From positions 1-57,422 of the forward strand of contig JBBRPC010000001.1 in NCBI GenBank assembly GCA_038228615.1: a stretch of 57,422 nucleotides of DNA, written 5' to 3'. The first letter of the stretch is position 1; each line of letters opens with the position of its first letter. Both the position numbers and the translations under genes were made by a program. This DNA comes from Acidimicrobiia bacterium. Lineage in GTDB: Bacteria > Actinomycetota > Acidimicrobiia > IMCC26256 > PALSA-610. Shown in pieces: positions 46,639 to 53,311 of the stretch. Under the pieces are notes generated by a model. It ran no database searches and had not been told where the DNA came from. It saw only the letters and a list, made by a program, of their open reading frames with translations.

Positions 46639-47030
46639 GACTCACACAGCAACGAGCCGTGAAATCTGCATCGCAATCACACAGCGCGATGGTGGCTTCA
46701 ACCATTGCCTCCATGGATTCGATTTGGTCTGGCGATACCGAGGCGCCGACAAGCGCCGCGGCGCCTTCGCTCATGACTGCAGCCCGCGGCTCGACGGTAT
46801 TAATTCGCACGCCCGTGCCGTACATTTCGTGCGCCAACGCGTTGGTCATGCGATTCAGCGCGACCTTCGAAGCGCCTTACGCGGCGATGGTCGGACCGAC
46901 CGCGGATACGGGAAACAGAGGCCCGGCAACATGGCGCGTGCTCCCCGATGAGAGGTTCACGATCCAACCCTCGCCCTGTTCGATCATGTGTGGCAATACG
47001 GTCTTCGTAACGTTTTCCTGGATACCACGG
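46565..47030 (-). pseudogene. 5'-truncated SDR remnant with an in-frame TAA at the catalytic Tyr codon
   Basis: The reading frame gives ...NVRGIQENVTKTVLPHMIEQGEGWIVNLSSGS...VGPTIAA[TAA]GASKVALNRMTNALAHEMYGTGVRINTVEPRA.... The stop at 46877-46879 sits exactly where Y of YxxxK is expected. There is no N-terminal Rossmann segment upstream. Confidence 0.7.
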
Positions 47031-47324
47031 ACATTCGTCGCCACAGCCCATCGTGACGACAACATCGGCGGCTCGAAGGATTTCGTCAGTCCACGGTTTG
47101 GGAAACTCTCCAGTGATATCGATCCCAACTTCGTGCATAGCTTCGATAGCGGCTGGATTGATTTCGTGACCAGGTTCGGAACCGCCTGACCACGCGATCG
47201 CGCGTCCGCTGGCGAGGTGGTTGAACCATCCGAGTGCCATCTGTGACCTCCCGGCGTTGTGGACACAGAGGAATAGCACGGCGGGAATGGCGATGTCGGC
47301 GGCGTCGTGGGTTTGTGCGTCCAT
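47001..47324 (-). pseudogene. arsC: LMW-PTP-type arsenate reductase ArsC, 3'-truncated (homology ends after ...PGKRYED)
   Basis: ATG 47324 with AGGAA SD. VLFLCVHNAGRSQMA (CX5R P-loop) and TMGCGDECPWYPGKRYED. The expected W-x-L-x-DP...RDEI tail is replaced by Arg-rich read-through to 46800. Confidence 0.7.
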
Positions 47325-47337
47325 TGTCGTTTCCTGT

Positions 47338-48051
47338 TCAGGCGTTCGTGGCGTGTTCGTGGGGTACCACGAGATCGTCGGCGGCGACGTCGGGGTGCAG
47401 GAACTTCGCGAGGCCAACGGCGAGGATCGCGCCGATGAGCTGGAACGCGATAAATGCGGGTACTGACGACGGTTTGATGCCCGCGAAGGAATCGCTCAGC
47501 ATCCGGGCGACGGTGACGGCTGGATTCGCGAATGACGTCGACGATGTGAACCAATACGCGGCGGCGATGTAGCCGCCGACGGCGAATGGTGCGAGTTGTC
47601 CGCGTCCTGATCGGACGACTCCGAAAATGACCATCAGCAGTCCGAATGTTGCGACGGTTTCGCCGAGCCAGAGGCCACCCGAGGATCGGGCATGTTGGGA
47701 AATATTGACCGCTCGAAGGTCGAACATCAGATTTGCGATGATCGCACCGGCGCAGCCGCCGATGACTTGCGCGACTACATACATGGCAGCGACGCGCGTT
47801 GTGATTCCGCCGAGCAGCCGGTCGGCGAGTGTCACGACCGGGTTGAAATGCGCCCCGGATACAGGACCGAACGCGAGGATCAACGCGACGAGACCAGCTC
47901 CGGTCGCGATCGAATTCTCAAGGAGCTGGATTCCTACATCAGTGGGTGAAAGGCGTTGCGCATAGATGCCGGAGCCGATCACGATCGCGACGAGCATCGC
48001 GGATCCAACGAACTCCGCAGTGGCGCGGCGCGCGAGTTCGCGGTCGATCAT
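47338..48051 (-). CDS. MIP-family channel (aquaglyceroporin, AqpS-like) in the ars operon
   Basis: ATG 48051 (MIDRELARRATAEFVGSAML) overlaps the upstream stop (ATGA). HFNPVVT and FANPAVT are the two NPA-type boxes. Six TM segments. Confidence 0.88.
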   Translation of the reverse strand: MIDRELARRATAEFVGSAMLVAIVIGSGIYAQRLSPTDVGIQLLENSIATGAGLVALILAFGPVSGAHFNPVVTLADRLLGGITTRVAAMYVVAQVIGGCAGAIIANLMFDLRAVNISQHARSSGGLWLGETVATFGLLMVIFGVVRSGRGQLAPFAVGGYIAAAYWFTSSTSFANPAVTVARMLSDSFAGIKPSSVPAFIAFQLIGAILAVGLAKFLHPDVAADDLVVPHEHATNA

Positions 48052-48461
48052 CCGCAGCAGACGTTGCCATCGCCAGAGACGACCACGTTCGCGAGTTGGT
48101 CGCTGTCGGCCTTCTTCACGTACCACTCCCATTTCGCGCCATCCGGACCTTCGACCCACGTCTCGGTCTTTTCCGCGTAACAACAGAGCGTGTCGTCGAC
48201 ACCCGTGGTTTCGAGCCCCGACGCTGACAACCGTTGCTCCGCCGCGACGACCTCAGCTGAAGTTTCGGTCTCGACGCCGAGGTGGTTGATCGTTCCACCT
48301 TCTTTGCCTTCGAACAAGACGAGTTTGAGTGGCGGATCGGCGATCGCGAAGTTCGCGTAGCCCGGCTTCACCTTGGCGGGTTCGGTGGCGAACATCTTGG
48401 TGTAGAACGTGATCGCCTCGTCGAGGTTCGATACGTTGATGGCGAGTTGCAAACGAGACAT
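48048..48461 (-). CDS. ArsI/CadI-family VOC (glyoxalase-fold) metalloenzyme
   Basis: MSRLQLAINVSNLDEAITFY, INHLGVE, and the vicinal Cys pair in DDTLCCYAEK plus a C-terminal VCCG. 137 aa. Divergent from arsR. Confidence 0.85.
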   Translation of the reverse strand: MSRLQLAINVSNLDEAITFYTKMFATEPAKVKPGYANFAIADPPLKLVLFEGKEGGTINHLGVETETSAEVVAAEQRLSASGLETTGVDDTLCCYAEKTETWVEGPDGAKWEWYVKKADSDQLANVVVSGDGNVCCG

Positions 48462-48565
48462 GGGAACATCCTCATTGTTGGCGACCTGATATATTCATGG
48501 TTGTCGATGGGTTCAGTGTCGCGTATACATCGACAGATGTCAATCTATTCGTAGGAGACGCCGAC
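48462..48565. promoter_or_regulatory. Divergent ars promoter/operator region with inverted repeats
   Basis: TGTCGATG (48502-48509) and CATCGACA (48528-48535) form an 8-bp inverted repeat. An overlapping ACATC-gaca-GATGT palindrome lies at 48527-48540. There is an ATATTCA element at 48491-48497. AGGAG at 48553-48557 serves the GTG 48566 start. Confidence 0.4.
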
Positions 48566-48901
48566 GTGGCTGCGAAAACGGCACCGAAGCAACACGCTGC
48601 AGCGTGCTGTGGATCGTTACTTGCTGCGCCGCTCAGCGACACTGAGGCTGTGGATCTGGCCCGCCAGTTCGCCGCGCTCGCCGATCCGATTCGGCTGCGA
48701 TTATTCAGCCTCATCGCAAACGCGGGTGAGGTGTGTTCGTGCGACCTTGAAGGTCCCCTGGCGAAGAGTCAACCGACGATCAGTCACCACACCAAAGCCC
48801 TCGCGGATGCTGGCCTCATTACGGGCGACAAGCGTGGTCGCTGGATGTGGTGGACGATCAACGTCGATCGCGTCGCGGCACTCCGCGACGCGCTTGCGTA
48901 A
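48566..48901 (+). CDS. arsR: ArsR/SmtB-family metalloregulator
   Basis: GTG 48566 is preferred, with AGGAG 8 nt upstream. The ORF-track ATG 48497 would bury the palindromes inside coding sequence. ALADPIRLRLFSLI, EVCSCDLEG (ELCVCDL-type site), SQPTISHHTKALADAGLI, and an N-terminal AACCG pair. Confidence 0.88.
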   Translation: MAAKTAPKQHAAACCGSLLAAPLSDTEAVDLARQFAALADPIRLRLFSLIANAGEVCSCDLEGPLAKSQPTISHHTKALADAGLITGDKRGRWMWWTINVDRVAALRDALA

Positions 48902-49182
48902 ATACTTGCGGTTCGGTCGGCGAGCATTGACGCCGAAGTGTTCACACTCGACCCGAAGAGTCTGCAGATTCTTGACTTCGGGTCCAGGACGCAGTCGATC
49001 TCCCGATTCGGTTCCGTCGGCCACGTCACCCTCTAGCAACTGTCGATCCGTAAGACTCTGGAATGCCCACTTCCCAATCACCCTCACGGCGTGTCGATCT
49101 GGACGGTTGGCGGCGCCCGGTAGATTGTCACTCGGTAGTCGACGCCAGATCCCATATTCTCGGCCCAGCGAGGGGGCGTACC

Positions 49183-49578
49183 GTGAGCAAGTTCTTCCGA
49201 TACGCAGCCGACATGAGACTCGCGCCGTTGTGGGTGCCGTTTGGCGTCCGGCCTTCGAAGGATGGCGTGACCCTCACCGACGACGAGCGCTTCGTCGCCA
49301 AGTACGGATTCCTGCACCTCGAAACGCCACTCGCCAACATCGACGCTGCGCACATCACAACCGACTACCGGTGGTGGACCGCTGTCGGCGCTCGCATGTC
49401 CTTGGCCGACACCGGATTGACCTTCGGAACCAACGCCGCAGGAGGTGTCTGCGTTCATTTCCACACGCCGGTACCGACCGTGATGCGGCGCACGGGTCAC
49501 TCAGCGTTGACCGTGACAGTTTCCGACCTCGAAGGGCTTACCGCGGCGCTGTCCGCGACTCGCGACGATTCCAACTAG
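49183..49578 (+). CDS. Hypothetical protein (131 aa)
   Basis: GTG 49183 is preceded by GAGGGGG at 6 nt. Good codon bias. No motif recognised. Confidence 0.55.
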   Translation: MSKFFRYAADMRLAPLWVPFGVRPSKDGVTLTDDERFVAKYGFLHLETPLANIDAAHITTDYRWWTAVGARMSLADTGLTFGTNAAGGVCVHFHTPVPTVMRRTGHSALTVTVSDLEGLTAALSATRDDSN

Positions 49579-49613
49579 CGCCGACGCTGACACTCGAGCT
49601 CGACGCGCAGTTG

Positions 49614-50237
49614 CTAGGGCCGCAACCCCAGCAGTTCATCGACCTCGAGTCGCCAGGACTGATCCTCTGTGGCGTGTACTGCTCGCCAACCGGCTGACCT
49701 GGCCACCTCGACGTTGTTGCACACGTCGTCGACAAACACCACGCTCTGCCGTTGCTCGTACGTCAAACCGAGTCGCTCAGTAGCGATCTCAAAAAACTGG
49801 CGATCGTGTTTTTGGTAACCGACGTCAGCGGAGTAGAGGACGCAGTCAATCGGCACGGCCGCACCGATGCGTCGAAGCAGATAGTCAGCACGCCGGTGCT
49901 CCTGATTGGTTGCGAGCACGACCCGACAACCAGCCTGTGCCGCCCTGCGAGCGAGGTCGAAGGTCTCTTCAATCGGGGCGTAGTCGGCGTCGAACCAGCA
50001 CGACAACACCGACTCGACATCAACGGTTGCACCGATCTGGACGAGTGCCTCGCCGAGGGCGTCCTCGACCGAGCATCTACCGTTGACGACGTCGTCCCAG
50101 CGCTTCGAGAAGAACGCCTCGCGGATCTGGCTGCGTTGGATGCCGAACTGCGCGGTGAGTTCATTCGTCCAGTGGCCGTCACCGTTGCGGTCTGGGTCGA
50201 GCAGCACACCGTCGACGTCGAGCGCAAGGGTCAGCAC
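49614..50237 (-). CDS. HAD-superfamily hydrolase
   Basis: Motif I LALDVDGVLLD. Motif II VVLATNQ. Motif IV-like VFVDDVCNNV. Confidence 0.85.
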   Translation of the reverse strand: MLTLALDVDGVLLDPDRNGDGHWTNELTAQFGIQRSQIREAFFSKRWDDVVNGRCSVEDALGEALVQIGATVDVESVLSCWFDADYAPIEETFDLARRAAQAGCRVVLATNQEHRRADYLLRRIGAAVPIDCVLYSADVGYQKHDRQFFEIATERLGLTYEQRQSVVFVDDVCNNVEVARSAGWRAVHATEDQSWRLEVDELLGLRP

Positions 50238-50292
50238 GAGATCATCCTGCCACCTCGGCGGTCATGTTGCTCTCGGCGAGACCCGAACTCGT

Positions 50293-51216
50293 TCAGGTCT
50301 CGATGGCGTGGCGGCCGTTCTCGAGCCAGATCCGCAACGTCGGGTCGAGAGTGGATGCTGCCTCGTCGTACAAGGCGAGGTCGTCGGCGGTGAGCACGTC
50401 GCGCCATCGGCCGTTCGTGCCCTTGTAGAAGAAACGCGCCGCGCCGCCTTGAAAGATCATCGAGCTTGGGTCGTCGTCGCCGCGAGCTTCGCCGCGCATT
50501 GCGTCGAAGCCGACAACGGCGACGAGCGCGGGCCACATGTCCTCCTCGATCTCAATGTCGAGGAACTCCGCGATACGACGCATCTCCGACTCGGTGTCGG
50601 CGAGCAGATCGCCATAGTGCACAAACATGATGTTCGGGAGGTCACGGGATGCCCACCAAGTCGCGAGATGATGGTGGTGCGACCAAAACGGCCAGCCGTC
50701 CGGCTCCCATTCGAACCATCCCTCAGCAATCCAGCGCGGCCAGAGTTCACGAGGTGAGCCCGGAGCACGTGGGAGCTCCGGTCCTGGTCGCTGCGCATCG
50801 TTGAACAGTTCGTAGGCGAGATCGGTGTACGACGAATAGTGGTTCCAAAACGACATGAACACGTCGCGCGTATCGCGTCCGACGACGAGATACTTAGCGT
50901 TCGGGAAGTAGCGCAATCCGTCGAGGGCGAGATGGCTCTTCAGGAACCGCCGATGGCGCTGGGCTTCGATGGATTCGAGCATGGGCTCGAGCGGCCCCAT
51001 GAACCGAGCGTCGATCCACGGCGAAACTGCCTGCAGGTCGACAGGGCCCGCACCGAGAATCAACGCGGCGACGATCCGTTGCATCCACGTCGTCCCGGCC
51101 TTATACGCGGTCGTGATGACGACGTCATCATCACGCGGCACGACGCGGTCCCAGCGCGTGCTGTCGAGGTGATGGTTCCTGTACTCGCGAGTCCGCTCCG
51201 GCATACTGGCCACCAC
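50293..51216 (-). CDS. Sulfotransferase-domain protein (PAPS-dependent, cytosolic-ST-like)
   Basis: 5'-PSB loop TTAYKAGTTWMQ. 3'-PB motif VVGRDTRDVFMSFWNH. The start is GTG 51216 or ATG 51204. Confidence 0.85.
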   Translation of the reverse strand: MVASMPERTREYRNHHLDSTRWDRVVPRDDDVVITTAYKAGTTWMQRIVAALILGAGPVDLQAVSPWIDARFMGPLEPMLESIEAQRHRRFLKSHLALDGLRYFPNAKYLVVGRDTRDVFMSFWNHYSSYTDLAYELFNDAQRPGPELPRAPGSPRELWPRWIAEGWFEWEPDGWPFWSHHHHLATWWASRDLPNIMFVHYGDLLADTESEMRRIAEFLDIEIEEDMWPALVAVVGFDAMRGEARGDDDPSSMIFQGGAARFFYKGTNGRWRDVLTADDLALYDEAASTLDPTLRIWLENGRHAIET

Positions 51217-51263
51217 GCCAAAGTGTAGAGCGCATCCCCGATACGCATCCGACCTGGGCTTTT

Positions 51264-51315
51264 GAGAGCCGAAGAGGAGACTCGAACTCCTGACCTGCTC
51301 ATTACGAGAAGGCTA
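51264..51315 (-). other. tRNA 3' fragment (variable arm, T arm and acceptor 3' strand; Leu-like): candidate att remnant
   Basis: The reverse complement reads ...ccttctcgtaatgagcaGGTC AGGAG TTCGAGT CTCCT CTTCGGC t. This is a canonical 5-bp T stem with a TTCGAGT loop and a 7-nt acceptor 3' strand. There is no matching 5' acceptor strand (cttcggc on the plus strand), D arm or valid anticodon stem further on. Confidence 0.6.
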
Positions 51316-51360
51316 AGAATCGTCCGTACAGCATTTTTGGTGTAGCTACTCGAAACTCGC

Positions 51361-53310
51361 TCAACGAGGCAGCGCGGGCAGCGCGCCGTGGCAAAGCCAT
51401 TCGCGTATTGCAAGGCATGCTGCGACATCGTCCTCGTTATAGCGGAGCAGACGCGATTGAGCGGCAAGGTCTCCACCAATAGCGTCTTCGTGCCAGAGCA
51501 TCGAAAGGTCGCCGCCAGCATCGACAGCATCCCAACTAGCGCCAGCGAAGGGCGCGATTTTCTTCAAACCAGATCCGGCTGCGCCAACAGCGACGCGGTT
51601 GAACTCTCGTTCCAAATCGACCCACACATCAACATCGGCGACCAACGTTCGGATCTCGGCCATTCGTCGCCGAGGGTTCCCAGTGAACGGTGCTGCGCGC
51701 CGAAGCTTGCCAATCTCGGCTGCGTCATGCCAGCTGTATACCTTCACCGTCAATCCGTCTGACTTTGCTGCTTCGATCGCGGCGAGGATCCATTCCCAGA
51801 ATTCTTCGAAGAGGAGGCCTTCGGCGGTCGCGGTGATGTCCTCCCATCGAGCAAAGGGCCGGTACCCATTTGCTTCCCGAAACGCATGATCGGATCGGTT
51901 CGTTAACAGCGTTCCCCAGAGATAGACAGCGCCGTCAAAATCGTTTTCCATGTCGATGTCGATCTCGATGTCAGCGCGCGGGACCGCAGTCGAACCGACA
52001 TCGCGTCGCCGATGAGGTCGACCGCCGCCGTGCACCGCGACCCATGCGATGTCGACAAGTTCAGCGACATTTGCAACCTCGCCCTGAAGCGATAGCGCGC
52101 GGGGATCCAATGCAAGCAAGTCACCGGCGTTGGCGATACCGCATGCATCCAGTGCGCGCAACTGCCGTACTGCCTTTCGACCCAAGACGGCCTTCATCGG
52201 CGTCGCCGGTTCGTGTCGCCCAGCGGTCTCGAACACTCCCAGCAACGAAACATCCACGGGAAAATCATCGATCAATCGCGCAGTAGTTGGATCGACTGCC
52301 GCAAGATCAACACGAGACCGGTAGCCGATGCGACGCAATGATGACCATTGTTTGTAGCCCACTCGCGGGAGCAGACTCACGTCGCCGGAGCCGCCCATAA
52401 GTGCTGGCAAACAATGGTCGCGCCACTCGCAGTCTGCGCATTCCGCGCACTTCATCGGGTCGGTCAGGAGCGGGATGGCTGGATCTTCACGATGGCGCAC
52501 AGCCGTCGCGGCGATGTCGAGGCGGAACGCGAACTCGAAGTCGTAGCGCTGCAACGCCGACTCCGTTTCGTCTCGAAACGGTGCGGCATTCGAGCGGAAT
52601 CGCGGCCAGCTCAAATCTGCCCAGACCACACCAGGCTCGTCGTTGCCAATGATTCCACCCCACACCGGCCCGTCGCCCGAAGCGCCGTGACCGCACGCTT
52701 CGAGCATCCTCCAATAGTGGGCCAGTTGCAGCAGGTCGTTGCGCCGAGATTCACTGTTGGCATCGAAACGGTCGTCGACCGTTTCAGCATCCTCGAAGAA
52801 CGGAGTATCGAGGGGCGAGACCGACGCGGGCAACCCTTTTGACTCAGCCAAGGCCCGGTGATTCTTCACATCGATAGGCCAGTAACAGGGCTTTCCTGTG
52901 TCCGAAAGTCGTTCACCTGCGCGCACGAGCACGTCGGGTCTGCCGGTGCGACCGCCGCCATCGTCATTGGGCAGCGTGCCGCCGACGATCACCGGCGCTC
53001 CACTTTCCATTCCGCGAACAGTCGCGGCAACCGCGTCGGTCACGTCGCGGTCGATCCTCAACGCCCCGTCGAACTGCTGCGTGATCAGTGCCTCGAATTC
53101 GTTGCCCTTGTCGAAACGCCTCTGCATCGCCGCGCTCGGTGCGGCAATTGCGACACCACTCGGCGCATCAAACTGGAGCTGCGTTCGCACCGGACATCGC
53201 CTCGCGGCATACGCCCCGAGTGGGCGTAAGCCGATGCGTGAGAGCTTCGCAACGTAGGGGTCGTACGCACGCGTCATCTCGTTAGCGACGAGGTCTGGAG
53301 CGTCGGCCAT
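51361..53310 (-). CDS. TM0106-family RecB-like nuclease (PD-(D/E)xK with Cys cluster, HhH, and an RNase H-like exonuclease domain)
   Basis: GRPDVLVR...YWPIDVKNH (D...D-x-K). LQLAHYWRML (QxxxY). Cys cluster KCAECADCEWRDHC plus Cys38. HhH-like ACGIANAGDLLAL. C-terminal IEIDIDMENDFDGAVYLWG exonuclease-type acidic motif. The start sits 1 nt after the upstream stop (TGAaATG). Confidence 0.85.
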   Translation of the reverse strand: MADAPDLVANEMTRAYDPYVAKLSRIGLRPLGAYAARRCPVRTQLQFDAPSGVAIAAPSAAMQRRFDKGNEFEALITQQFDGALRIDRDVTDAVAATVRGMESGAPVIVGGTLPNDDGGGRTGRPDVLVRAGERLSDTGKPCYWPIDVKNHRALAESKGLPASVSPLDTPFFEDAETVDDRFDANSESRRNDLLQLAHYWRMLEACGHGASGDGPVWGGIIGNDEPGVVWADLSWPRFRSNAAPFRDETESALQRYDFEFAFRLDIAATAVRHREDPAIPLLTDPMKCAECADCEWRDHCLPALMGGSGDVSLLPRVGYKQWSSLRRIGYRSRVDLAAVDPTTARLIDDFPVDVSLLGVFETAGRHEPATPMKAVLGRKAVRQLRALDACGIANAGDLLALDPRALSLQGEVANVAELVDIAWVAVHGGGRPHRRRDVGSTAVPRADIEIDIDMENDFDGAVYLWGTLLTNRSDHAFREANGYRPFARWEDITATAEGLLFEEFWEWILAAIEAAKSDGLTVKVYSWHDAAEIGKLRRAAPFTGNPRRRMAEIRTLVADVDVWVDLEREFNRVAVGAAGSGLKKIAPFAGASWDAVDAGGDLSMLWHEDAIGGDLAAQSRLLRYNEDDVAACLAIREWLCHGALPALPR

Positions 53311-53311
53311 T

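Noticed and set aside
46377-47189. 270-aa plus-strand ORF across the SDR/arsC remnants, and the 362-aa ORF 48609..49697
   Set aside because: Arg/Ser/Cys-rich nonsense frames. The minus strand (SDR, arsC) and arsR plus the 131-aa gene account for these regions.
51241-51345. Complete tRNA gene
   Set aside because: Only the variable arm, T arm and 3' acceptor strand are present. The complementary 5' acceptor strand, D arm and a valid anticodon stem-loop (U33, purine 37) cannot be found.
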